Shown piece by piece: positions 17,554 through 26,237 of a stretch of DNA of 30,445 nucleotides. This DNA comes from Patescibacteria group bacterium (GTDB lineage Bacteria; Patescibacteriota; Saccharimonadia; Saccharimonadales; DATIHS01). Within the stretch, counting starts at the first letter, position 1. Each line of letters starts with the position of its first letter. The stretch covers positions 1 through 30,445 of the forward strand of contig DATIHS010000016.1 in assembly GCA_035480475.1 (NCBI GenBank). Direction: 5' to 3'. The position numbers and the translations under genes are program-made. The notes below the pieces were generated by a model. That model was given only the letters and a program-made list of their open reading frames with translations. It searched no databases and was not told the DNA's origin.

Positions 17554-17653
17554 ATAAGGAGGTTGTTTTTTTGAGCGGTCAGTCAGTGCTCGTTAAACTG
17601 GCCTAACCTTAGCACATTTTTGCAAATTGCGCTAGTGTTTATCCACAGTTTGT

Positions 17654-18889
17654 TTAGTTGCCGAACTTGCGGCTCAAGACAAAGCGGTGGATCAAGGCGC
17701 CAGCAACCGTCACAGCACCGAAGATGCCAGCGATGTTACCAGCACCAGTGTTTGGCAAGCTAGTAGGTGTTGGAGGCGAAGAAGGTGTTTCTTTACACTC
17801 AGGGCTGTTCTTTGGAAAGCTCTCTTTGCCAGGCACCGTACAGTTTTCCTGGTTTGGTGCAAAGGTAAAGCTACGGGCACAGTCAGAAGATGTCTTCCAT
17901 TCCATGTGGCCGTCAGCAAACTTAACATGGACGCTGGTTACAACATTGTAAGTACCGTCTTTAGCATAGGTGTGCGACTGAGCAGTGAAGTTAGCGTTCT
18001 GGTCAGTGAATTCAGCGCTACCATCACCCCAGTTAACCTTGTGGCCAACAACAGTTGCGTTGGTCAGGCTAGGAGTAATGCTATTGACTGTTACTTTGCG
18101 GCTCTTGAAGTCGACGCTAAAGTCGGCAACTTTACATTCACCAAGTGATTGCTGTTCAGGAACTTCTTGAACGGTTACTTGGTAAACAACCACAATGCGG
18201 TAGTTCCAACAACCCCAGACCATACCGCTGCCAAAGACAGGGTTGCCTAATGAGGTCACTCCGTTGACAGCACTGTCTGGCAAGCCAGCGAAGCTAGGGC
18301 TAGCGACGTTGGTGGTGTATTTAACAGTGTTAGTTACAAGAGTAAGTTTTACTTTCTTGCCATTACAGGTCATGAAAGCAGTATCGCTCACACTAGAGGG
18401 AGTTGCGTTGGAAGCACTGATCGTGCTCTTAAAGGTATATGGATTGTCGTTGTTTTGGCCAATTGGCGCAGTCATCGCCAGTTTGACGTCTTTGGCGACA
18501 GCAGAACCAGTACCATTGTTGTTGTCTTGCGACACGGCGTCGTTGTGGATATAGGTCCAAACGTCAAACTTGTCGCCGGTTTTACAAGCAGTGGTCAGGG
18601 AGTTGCGCAAAGCAGGGTTGTTCTTGTTGCTCGTCACGTCACCTGAGGTGTCAGGGCGGATACGCACGAAGTCTGACTCGTTACCGATTGGCACAGGGCC
18701 TTCGGTTGAGTTGATTGGCGTAGGGTCGCCACAGATGTTGTTGAACACCGGTGTGTGGCTGGTAAAGAAGTCTCCGTTGTTGCTGTATTGGAAACAGCCA
18801 GCGGCATGAGCCAAGCCAGGAGCAGCAAGCGGCATGATGACCGCAGCGGCTGTGAGGGCCAGGCTAGTTACTAATTTCTTGAAGCTCAT
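17654..18889 (-). CDS. Secreted Cys-containing surface protein with PKD domain and LPNTG sortase-type anchor
   Basis: Signal peptide ending AHA; VNWGDG...SHTYAKDGTYNV PKD motif; P/T linker, LPNTG, hydrophobic helix and basic tail (SRKFGN); SD AAGGAG. Confidence 0.85.
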   Translation of the reverse strand: MSFKKLVTSLALTAAAVIMPLAAPGLAHAAGCFQYSNNGDFFTSHTPVFNNICGDPTPINSTEGPVPIGNESDFVRIRPDTSGDVTSNKNNPALRNSLTTACKTGDKFDVWTYIHNDAVSQDNNNGTGSAVAKDVKLAMTAPIGQNNDNPYTFKSTISASNATPSSVSDTAFMTCNGKKVKLTLVTNTVKYTTNVASPSFAGLPDSAVNGVTSLGNPVFGSGMVWGCWNYRIVVVYQVTVQEVPEQQSLGECKVADFSVDFKSRKVTVNSITPSLTNATVVGHKVNWGDGSAEFTDQNANFTAQSHTYAKDGTYNVVTSVHVKFADGHMEWKTSSDCARSFTFAPNQENCTVPGKESFPKNSPECKETPSSPPTPTSLPNTGAGNIAGIFGAVTVAGALIHRFVLSRKFGN

Positions 18890-18922
18890 CTTAATTATCT
18901 CCTTATACTTTCTTTACTTGGC

Positions 18923-20209
18923 TTAGCCACCGATACCGGGGTCGGTACCCTTAGGGGTTTTGTGTGGTGGTTTATGTGGGGGTTTGTGGCCACCACCGCC
19001 GCCACCGCCACCACCGTTTCCACCACCACCGCCATTACCACCGCCACCACCGTTTCCACCACCACCGCCACCGAAGCTTGGTGGGGTACCCGGTGTAGAA
19101 CCGCCATTACCACCACTTTCAGGTGTATTGCCAGGTTGGTTGCTTTCGCGCTTACTATTGGTCTTCTTACCAAAAGTTCCGTTACTGCTACCACCATTGT
19201 TCTTGGATTCCGTCTGTGGTTCCGGTTGTGGTTCTGGTTGTGGCTGAGGTTGCTCTTGTTCCAGTGGTGCACCGATTGCTTTGGTAATGTGTATCTGGCG
19301 GGTAGCGTAATCTATGTACACTTTCTGATCCCGATTACCCTTCAAAGAGTCATCAGCTACCTGGTTCCAGCCAAGGACTGCTACTTGCTTAGGTGCAGCC
19401 ACGGTAAATTGTTCAGGCTTTAGGACAATTTGGTACGGATCTTCTGGATTGCCGGTTGGTTGGACCATGACGCGGAACGTAGGTTCATTAATTGGGGCAG
19501 AATTATCTTGGGCTTTTTTGTAAACATCGGCATTTGCCTTAGCGGTTGCTAGAGCTTTGTCAGGATGTTGGGCGAGGTCCGCTTTAACGGCATTCATATC
19601 AGTGGTCGCAAAGACATTGCCTGGACCACCGCCACCCAGTAAGTCAGCTGAAATAGCTGCCATTGCGGCGTTGGTAGGAGCACTGTCACAGACTTTACCG
19701 TCAGCGCCAAAGAAGAAATTCATCGTATCATTTACATCGGTGAGTGGAGTTGAAGTTGGGGGGTGATCGTGGAGTTCCTCAGGCAAGACGTTGCGCTGTG
19801 CGAAATAAGGGTCCATATGTGGGTAGATACCATTTTTACAAACATCTACGGTTGGAACTTGGTTGGGGGTTGTGGCTACGACGGGCGTGGCTGACGCGCG
19901 GTGTTCATTACCACGACCTTCTACGCCGGCTACTGCGGCTGCCATTAAGGCAACGCCTGCGATGGAACCTATGACGCCATTTCGGAAGGTATGACGTTCG
20001 TTCGTGTCCCGTACAGCTGCCGGAACCATATTCGGTTGAATAGCTGCAACTGGAGCAGTATGTAAATTATTTTGAGCAAGTTCGGCAAAAATGCTGCCGC
20101 CTGCCATGGAAGCGGGTTCCATTGTTGGAACACTCATATAAGGCCCGGCCTCAATAGGTGGCCCAGCGGCTAATACAGCTGCTAAAGTTTCTGCACCAGA
20201 TTGGTTCAT
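18923..20209 (-). CDS. Hypothetical membrane-anchored protein with Pro/Gln, Gly/Asn and HKPP low-complexity C-terminus
   Basis: 428-aa ORF with SD GAGGAGG; single hydrophobic helix at residues ~78-96. Confidence 0.8.
   Translation of the reverse strand: MNQSGAETLAAVLAAGPPIEAGPYMSVPTMEPASMAGGSIFAELAQNNLHTAPVAAIQPNMVPAAVRDTNERHTFRNGVIGSIAGVALMAAAVAGVEGRGNEHRASATPVVATTPNQVPTVDVCKNGIYPHMDPYFAQRNVLPEELHDHPPTSTPLTDVNDTMNFFFGADGKVCDSAPTNAAMAAISADLLGGGGPGNVFATTDMNAVKADLAQHPDKALATAKANADVYKKAQDNSAPINEPTFRVMVQPTGNPEDPYQIVLKPEQFTVAAPKQVAVLGWNQVADDSLKGNRDQKVYIDYATRQIHITKAIGAPLEQEQPQPQPEPQPEPQTESKNNGGSSNGTFGKKTNSKRESNQPGNTPESGGNGGSTPGTPPSFGGGGGGNGGGGGNGGGGGNGGGGGGGGGHKPPHKPPHKTPKGTDPGIGG
18957..19073 (-). 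repeat. Coding low-complexity repeats: (GGGGN)n tract and HKPP-like x3
   Basis: Plus-strand CCACCA/CCGCCA iterations at 18990-19073, translating to GGGGGGNGGGGGNGGGGGNGGGGGGGGGHKPPHKPPHKTP. Confidence 0.85.
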
Positions 20210-20288
20210 AAACTCCTCCTCGGAAATTATGTTTACTCCGTCTCACCGTGCCCACCCCTATTAGAAGAGGTTTTCACGTATAGCTAAA

Positions 20289-20317
20289 ACTCTACCATAT
20301 GCAGGTATAAATGTCAA
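20289..20317 (-). promoter_or_regulatory. Sigma70 promoter TTGACA-17-TAGAGT for the surface-protein operon
   Basis: Perfect -35 at 20312-20317; -10 at 20289-20294 with a TG extension. Confidence 0.65.
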
Positions 20318-20445
20318 TACTTATGACCACATTTCAAGTTAAAGCACAAGCACTTTACACCTTGGGGCGGCAAAAGCGTCTCAATAACAGCTAGTATGCG
20401 CTGCTCAGTATTTCAGGCTGTGAAGTTTCTTACACTTTACGAAAG

Positions 20446-21870
20446 CTAGTTCGTAGGGGCAGAGGTGGGCGGTTGCAATTTTGACTTGTCAAAGCTAAAA
20501 CCAAAGGTACTTCCCGCCCCTTCCTGACTCTTGAAGATAATGCTGCCGCCTTGGGCGACGATAACTTTTTTGGCCATAAACAGGCCGAGCCCGGTGCCAT
20601 CCGGCCGCGCTTTGCGGGCATTGCCAGCGCGGTAGAACTTCGTAAACAGGTGGTGTTGTTCTGCTTTTGGTACACCTAAGCCGTCGTCGGTCACGGTGTA
20701 TTCAATGGTTTTATCGGTTTCACGTATACCAACAACAATATGCCCCCCGGTCGGCGTGTAATAAATGGCGTTGTCCATAAAGTTCATAATCACCTGCCGG
20801 ATCTTAGTTTCGTCCAGCATAACCGACGGGAACTTGGCCGGCTTTTCATAAGATAGCTTCAAGCCACGGGCCTGGGCGGTCTCTTGTAACTGATTGACTT
20901 CACTTTCGACAACATCGGCCAGGTTAGTGGCAACGGCCTCAATCACGAACTTGCCGGTTCGCAAACGCGATACGTTCAAGAGGTCGGCAATCAAATACAC
21001 CATGCGTTGGCTACTGGCAAACGCCTGGCTCAGCAGCTTACGCTGCATTTCGCTAATCTCGCCCGCATCCCCTTCGAGCACCATACTCAAGTAGCCTTTC
21101 ACAGAGGTCAGCGGCGTCCGCAACTGGTGCGAGGCCATGCTGATGAACTCGTCCTTCGTTTCATCCATCGTCTTCAGCTTCTCATTCGTCTTTTGCAGCT
21201 GCCGCAACACTTGCTGGTTCTCCTCAAACAGGAGCTTGTTGTCCAACGCAATCCCCACGACTTCGGCCAGACGGTCCAACAAGGCTTTTTCCTTTTCGGT
21301 AATCTCATTGATGGGTTCTGTGAAACCAACAGCCATCAAGCCAACCAGGCGGTGACGAGATAATAGTTTCATAATTGCAATTGATTTAAGGGGTATAACC
21401 TGGCGCAAAGCTGCCACATCATCAACACTGTCGTGTAGTAAATGAGCTATAAAGTTGTCACTTAACTGTGTTACGTCAATAATTGCGGTACGCTCGGGAC
21501 TTACGATCCATTTGTCATGGTCGTCAAGCTCTACCCGGTAGCGATCTACTTCCGGTAGTCCTTCGAACGAGCTTGCCCACCCCATGAGTTCCAGGAAATC
21601 CTTGTGCGGTGGGTTAGCCATAATGGCCACCAAAGGAAAGCTGGATTTCTCAATAATAGCTTGGGCAATGTTTTGGCAAAGCACCTCCAGCTCGTCGTGT
21701 GATTCCAAAGTAAGGTTATCGATCGTCCGTAACAGAGATAGAGTACGATTAATATCCGCCAGCTCCAGGTTACGCTTGTACATTTCCTGGGTAAGTTGAG
21801 CAACATCAACCTCAAGTCGCTTCTTTTTACTACCAAAAACGGTTTTAAGGTGTGTTCTTTGTTTGTCCAC
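20446..21870 (-). CDS. Cytoplasmic sensor histidine kinase (GAF-like + HisKA + HATPase_c)
   Basis: EFISMASHQLRTPLT H-box, NFMDNAIYYT N-box, DDGLGV G1, FTKFYR F-box, GTGLGL G2; no TM segment. Confidence 0.93.
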   Translation of the reverse strand: MDKQRTHLKTVFGSKKKRLEVDVAQLTQEMYKRNLELADINRTLSLLRTIDNLTLESHDELEVLCQNIAQAIIEKSSFPLVAIMANPPHKDFLELMGWASSFEGLPEVDRYRVELDDHDKWIVSPERTAIIDVTQLSDNFIAHLLHDSVDDVAALRQVIPLKSIAIMKLLSRHRLVGLMAVGFTEPINEITEKEKALLDRLAEVVGIALDNKLLFEENQQVLRQLQKTNEKLKTMDETKDEFISMASHQLRTPLTSVKGYLSMVLEGDAGEISEMQRKLLSQAFASSQRMVYLIADLLNVSRLRTGKFVIEAVATNLADVVESEVNQLQETAQARGLKLSYEKPAKFPSVMLDETKIRQVIMNFMDNAIYYTPTGGHIVVGIRETDKTIEYTVTDDGLGVPKAEQHHLFTKFYRAGNARKARPDGTGLGLFMAKKVIVAQGGSIIFKSQEGAGSTFGFSFDKSKLQPPTSAPTN

Positions 21871-21896
21871 CCCATGTCCTTGTGGTTAGGGTCATC

Positions 21897-22178
21897 TTAT
21901 TTCAAAAGGTCAGGTAATTCTTCAGGTTTAAGCTTATTTGCCAAAGATGCAACAGCTTCTTTGCTAGCTTCAACAGCAATTTGACCAAAGAGATCACGAT
22001 AAGCTTCAATCAATTCTTCAACAGCTTCTTTTTCGTCGCCCACGATAGAAACTGTATGATTAGCCCAATCAACTGATATTCCATCTACTTGTTGTGCTTG
22101 TTGTACAGCAACTGGACCAATTATCAATTCTTGTTGGGAAATGATACGTATAGCAATTTGCACATAAATATCCATCAC
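21897..22178 (-). CDS. Small conserved-looking hypothetical protein (93 aa)
   Basis: Clean ORF coupled to the upstream gene (4-nt overlap) and lying directly before the kinase. Confidence 0.75.
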   Translation of the reverse strand: MMDIYVQIAIRIISQQELIIGPVAVQQAQQVDGISVDWANHTVSIVGDEKEAVEELIEAYRDLFGQIAVEASKEAVASLANKLKPEELPDLLK

Positions 22179-23014
22179 GCCACTCCTGGTTGTACCGGTT
22201 TTATGCGCGTAGTGTTTGGTGTTGAACAGAAACCCATAAGTCCAAAGGTCATAAAGAATAGCCCAGCCGTAAGTACTAAGTCACCCCAGTCTCCGTTGTA
22301 AAAAGTGCCGACAGTTGTTGTATACGAAAAGATGAAGTCGCCAAAATACATTACTGCTAGTCCAACCAATATGCACACCATAGACCAGCGGTAGACACCA
22401 CCAAGGAATTTAAATGATAAACCTAGGATAACTGTAGCAAGTGTTAGGCTCATGACATCTCCGAAGGGATAGGCAATATCTAGAAAGACTTTGAGTGGCG
22501 TTTCGCCTGCTGGTACGAGCACACCTTGTCTGGCGACAGTTACTAACAGGTAATAAGATACAGCGAGCACCAAAATAGGTATAGTGACAACGAGTACTTT
22601 CATAATTGGCTTACGCAAACCATACTTTGCACCTGAAGCCCTAGAAAGATTAATGGCACCAATTGCCCAAAAGACAATACTAAGTGCAAAGCCAATATCC
22701 GCGATTGAGGGATATGGTGCTGCAATTTTCGGTACAAAATTGTAATAAGACCACACCATACTACCCGCTCCCCAAAGGAAAAGACCTAGTCCAAAGTAAA
22801 ACACACTTCGCCCAAGGGCACTATGTAAACGACCCCAGATACTTGATTTAAGAATACCGACAAAACCACCTATGAGAGGTACAAGGCTGAACAGAAACGA
22901 ATAAAAGAAATTGAAATTAGTAGTTGTTTTGCCACTCAAATGTAGCCAAATCCAGTAAATTAGTATAAGAACCAGGTAACCAGCAAAAGCCTTTTGAAAT
23001 TTATTTCTAAGCAT
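22175..23014 (-). CDS. Polytopic membrane protein, possible stand-alone 7-8TM sensor domain
   Basis: About 8 hydrophobic helices; WSYYN...PYPSIADIGF and DIAYPFGD motifs, reminiscent of N-terminal membrane sensor modules. Confidence 0.8.
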   Translation of the reverse strand: MLRNKFQKAFAGYLVLILIYWIWLHLSGKTTTNFNFFYSFLFSLVPLIGGFVGILKSSIWGRLHSALGRSVFYFGLGLFLWGAGSMVWSYYNFVPKIAAPYPSIADIGFALSIVFWAIGAINLSRASGAKYGLRKPIMKVLVVTIPILVLAVSYYLLVTVARQGVLVPAGETPLKVFLDIAYPFGDVMSLTLATVILGLSFKFLGGVYRWSMVCILVGLAVMYFGDFIFSYTTTVGTFYNGDWGDLVLTAGLFFMTFGLMGFCSTPNTTRIKPVQPGVA

Positions 23015-23022
23015 TTGTTTAA

Positions 23023-23051
23023 ACCATAAGGTTTTTGAGCAATATTGTCAA
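23023..23051 (-). promoter_or_regulatory. Promoter TTGACA-17-TATGGT, 8 nt before ATG 23014
   Basis: -35 at 23046-23051; -10 at 23023-23028. Confidence 0.65.
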
Positions 23052-23162
23052 TTGACCGGGCTGTGTACGCTGTTGAAAGCAATTTGCGGAGGTTTATTAT
23101 ATGTGTTAAATTAGAGATAATAAAAGTAAAACAAAACACAAGAGTAAATTAGTTAATTTTTT

Positions 23163-23828
23163 ATGAATACAATTACGACTCGTACTGCCATTGGCTTTCC
23201 CGAACGGAAGGAAGAATGGAATGAAGCTCCTGCACGTTTTACGGAACATACACTTCGTATTGCTGGTCACCCGGTAATGGAAGATTGGGAAGCCAATTAC
23301 ATGGATAAGCTGGCAGAAATTGCTGCTAGTAAGGGTGGAGCAGTATTGGAATTGGGGTATGGTCTGGGGCTTTCATCAGCCGCAATTCAGACCCGTGGCG
23401 TTGACGCTCACTTCATTATTGAATGCCATCCTGATGTGGTTACACGTAGCATTCAGGATTTACATGAGGGTATTCAGGCTAGTCGTGTCCACATCCTTAG
23501 TGGCTTTTGGCAAGACATTACACCTCGATTGCGAGCGGAAAGTTTTGATGGCATTCTTTTTGATACCTACCCCCTGAATGAGGAGGAAATTCATGGTAAT
23601 CATTTCTGGTTTTTTGATGAAGCATTTCGGTTATTGCGACCTGGTGGCGTTTTAACCTACTACTCAGATGAAGTTGACCGTTTCTCAGAAAAACACCTTG
23701 CCAAGCTCGAAGCTGCTGGCTTTCAACGAGAAAACATCGATTTCGAAATTGTCTCTGTTAATCCACCACCAGACTGTGAGTATTGGGAGGCCAATACTAT
23801 TCTGGCACCTATTGTGCATAAAACTTAG
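23163..23828 (+). CDS. Class I SAM methyltransferase, guanidinoacetate N-methyltransferase (GAMT)/Rmt2-like
   Basis: LRIAGHPVMEDWE..YM, KGGAVLELGYGLG, HFIIECH, FDGILFDTYPL, AFRLLRPGGVLTY, EAAGFQRENI, PPPDCEYW; collinear with recalled human GAMT motifs. Confidence 0.85.
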   Translation: MNTITTRTAIGFPERKEEWNEAPARFTEHTLRIAGHPVMEDWEANYMDKLAEIAASKGGAVLELGYGLGLSSAAIQTRGVDAHFIIECHPDVVTRSIQDLHEGIQASRVHILSGFWQDITPRLRAESFDGILFDTYPLNEEEIHGNHFWFFDEAFRLLRPGGVLTYYSDEVDRFSEKHLAKLEAAGFQRENIDFEIVSVNPPPDCEYWEANTILAPIVHKT

Positions 23829-24952
23829 AGTTGTGTGGTTCTCGGTGTAGGAAAACCGTTAAATTTAGTAGTCAATGTAAAAGTGTAGGCGCCCACGTCT
23901 GAGATAACGAGTTTTTCGCCTAGAGCGAGATCCACAGGTAGTTGAATGGCTTTATTTACTATATCTATGTTGTCACCGGTTGGACCAGTAAGAATATAGT
24001 TTTGTAATTCAATATTGGGATGTTCGAGTAATGGTATGACTTTATATTGGGTACGGCCCTGGAAAGCCATGGCTTCGAATAACGCATTGTATACTCCTGC
24101 GTCAATGTAAAGCCATTCGCCATTTGATCTAACGCTTCGTTCAATCACACTGGTCACTAATACGAAAGCATTTGCAACCAGTCCACGCCCTGGTTCTGCA
24201 ATAAATTTTAAAGGGTAAGGCACAGTTAATACCGAGCTGCGTATACTCGCGCCAATTTCTTCAATGGAAGGAATAGCATCAGCAGGTTGATAACTGAACG
24301 GAAAACCACCCCCAAAATTTATCATTTCCACTTTAATACCGTCTGACTCAAGAACCTTTAGGATAGAAACTACATCCTTAATCCCTCTTGCCCAACCATC
24401 TTTATTACGTGCTTGTGAGCCAACATTAAAACTAATACCATAAGGTAGAAGTCCAAGAATTTTAGCTTTTCTCATTAGCTCAACTGCATTCTTTAGCTGT
24501 GTACCAAATTTTTCTGACATATGAAATACACTGTTGGCTCGGTCGTCAACAAGAGCTCGTACATAGACTTTGGAGCCAGGTGCATATAAGGCAAGTTTTT
24601 CTAGTTCGTGCTCTGAATCAAAAGCAAAACGAGAAACACCATATTTTACAAAATACTTAATGTGTTCTACGGGCTTTACAGATGTACCGTAAAGAATTTT
24701 CGAGGCGTCTACCTTAATTGGCTTGAGAAGGGCTAGCTCATACTTTGAGGCCACTTCAAAACTTGAACCTATACTATTTAGAGTTTGCAGGACCTCTTTT
24801 TCAGAATTGGCTTTCATCGCATAACAGATTTCTGTATTTGATGGTAATTCCTTCAGATATCGATGATAATTTTCTTCTAGTTGCTTTCTATCAAAGACAA
24901 AAAAAGGTGTCTTATTGTTCAATCTGCGTATTGCCTCTTTATAATTTGTCAT
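23825..24952 (-). CDS. Fold-type III PLP enzyme, ornithine/lysine/arginine decarboxylase family with altered active site
   Basis: TPFFVFD, YAMKAN (PLP Lys), FEVAS, FGGGF, EPGRGL, GAYT; but FNVGSQ and GPTGD instead of FHVGSQ and GPTCD. Confidence 0.88.
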   Translation of the reverse strand: MTNYKEAIRRLNNKTPFFVFDRKQLEENYHRYLKELPSNTEICYAMKANSEKEVLQTLNSIGSSFEVASKYELALLKPIKVDASKILYGTSVKPVEHIKYFVKYGVSRFAFDSEHELEKLALYAPGSKVYVRALVDDRANSVFHMSEKFGTQLKNAVELMRKAKILGLLPYGISFNVGSQARNKDGWARGIKDVVSILKVLESDGIKVEMINFGGGFPFSYQPADAIPSIEEIGASIRSSVLTVPYPLKFIAEPGRGLVANAFVLVTSVIERSVRSNGEWLYIDAGVYNALFEAMAFQGRTQYKVIPLLEHPNIELQNYILTGPTGDNIDIVNKAIQLPVDLALGEKLVISDVGAYTFTLTTKFNGFPTPRTTQL

Positions 24953-24956
24953 CTGT

Positions 24957-25841
24957 TTAGGATACCGACAATAGTACTATGCCTGCAAGGATAGTAATTG
25001 AAGCAAGTGCTTGTAGCGGGGAAACTCTTTCATTTAGAAATGTCCTTGCTAGGATAATTGTAGGGATTGAAAACGTTGCTGCCAATACAGTGACGATTGC
25101 AGTGTGCGGAGTTGCGCTAAAGCCATATGAAACAGACGCAAAAGCAAAGACATCAAATACACCGATCCCTATGAGATATTTCCACATTTTGTGTCCTCTT
25201 ATGAAGAGTTTACGACCGGACAAGACAGCATATAAAAAGAGTGTGATGGCAGAAAAGACCCTGATACCGAGGAGAAAAGGCACCCAATTGCGTCCATTTA
25301 GAAAACGATCAAGTGCTATTAACCAGAAAGAATAGCTAACTGTTGCGACTAGAATATAATTCAAACCATCAGTTTTGTGTCTACTATGACCTTTTAATAG
25401 TTTGAAGAGATCTAGCGGATTGGTGCTTACCAGTAAAATGCCGCAAAAGACAATAACAATAGCTAATTGTTGCATATTTGTTAATTGCTCATGGAATACG
25501 CTTGCTGAAATAAGTGCAACTATTGCTGCATAGGAAGCAAATATTGGGCTCAAAAGACTCAGTTTGCCTTTTCCAAAAGCAATGTAGGCTGGAATATAAG
25601 ACAAGCCACTATAAACACCTAAGAGAATTACTTTCAAAGTGTCATGAGAATGAGTTGGTGTATGGGGGTGGTAAGCAATAATTAGTACTATCAGTGGGAA
25701 GATCCCTATAAGTTGACCCCAAAATAATGTGGTAACATCACCAATTTTATCGATCGTTTTTTTAGCAAAAAAGTCAGCAGTACCCCAACCAAGCATTCCA
25801 CCTAGGCCTGCAAGCATAGCAACGAGCAAATCGTGGGGCAT
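24957..25841 (-). CDS. EamA/DMT family transporter
   Basis: 294 aa, about 10 TM in two repeats; LLSPIFASY, ARTFLNERVS..QAL. Confidence 0.88.
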   Translation of the reverse strand: MPHDLLVAMLAGLGGMLGWGTADFFAKKTIDKIGDVTTLFWGQLIGIFPLIVLIIAYHPHTPTHSHDTLKVILLGVYSGLSYIPAYIAFGKGKLSLLSPIFASYAAIVALISASVFHEQLTNMQQLAIVIVFCGILLVSTNPLDLFKLLKGHSRHKTDGLNYILVATVSYSFWLIALDRFLNGRNWVPFLLGIRVFSAITLFLYAVLSGRKLFIRGHKMWKYLIGIGVFDVFAFASVSYGFSATPHTAIVTVLAATFSIPTIILARTFLNERVSPLQALASITILAGIVLLSVS

Positions 25842-25883
25842 TTTTTTCCTATCTACTACAAGTATTATATGCGCTTGTATGTA

Positions 25884-25911
25884 AATATAGCTAGATCAAA
25901 TCAGTTGTCAA
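25884..25911 (-). promoter_or_regulatory. Promoter TTGACA-16-TATATT for eamA and the decarboxylase-like gene
   Basis: -35 at 25906-25911 (inside the last codons of the GreA-like ORF); -10 at 25884-25889. Confidence 0.55.
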
Positions 25912-26140
25912 AATCGATAACTATTAACTTGTTTATTTTCCCTTTCAAAAGATATCTTCTTTCTTCATTAATGGTTGCTCCCAGTAATGCAATTCCCACT
26001 GGACTTTGCGAAGATACAACGCCTGTTTCAAATTCCGGATTATGCATGACTTTAAGTTTTCTAAGAGCCCCGTTTTGAAAACGCACCCAGACCCAAATAT
26101 TAGTGGATACTTTTTGCTTTATTCTATTGCTTGTACTCAT
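25901..26140 (-). CDS. GreA/GreB/Rnk C-terminal-domain-only protein (79 aa)
   Basis: VSSQSPVGIALLG matches the ISxxSPxGxALLG signature; no N-terminal coiled coil; own promoter 6 nt before the ATG. Confidence 0.7.
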   Translation of the reverse strand: MSTSNRIKQKVSTNIWVWVRFQNGALRKLKVMHNPEFETGVVSSQSPVGIALLGATINEERRYLLKGKINKLIVIDFDN

Positions 26141-26146
26141 ACTTGC

Positions 26147-26174
26147 AGAATAAGATAGGCATATTTGTTGTCAA
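26147..26174 (-). promoter_or_regulatory. Promoter TTGACA-16-TATTCT, leaderless, for the GreA-C-only gene
   Basis: -35 at 26169-26174; -10 at 26147-26152; overlapped by the imperfect palindrome TTGTTGTC-AATA-GATAACAA. Confidence 0.6.
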
Positions 26175-26237
26175 TAGATAACAACAATCTTAGAATATAG
26201 ATATTGGATTTGTTGCAATGTGCTAACAGGAGTAAAT

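Noticed and set aside
17639-17647. Perfect DnaA box TTATCCACA
   Set aside because: Single copy with no cluster, AT-rich unwinding element or dnaA/dnaN nearby; insufficient for oriC.
18957-19073. Tandem repeats as CRISPR or contingency locus
   Set aside because: They are in-frame Gly/Pro codon repeats with no repeat-spacer pattern; no cas genes or CRISPR array seen in the window.
25842-25900. Guanidine riboswitch upstream of eamA or the GAMT-like gene
   Set aside because: No ACGR twin hairpins or other guanidine-aptamer features seen in 25842-25900 or 23015-23162; both are short AT-rich spacers.
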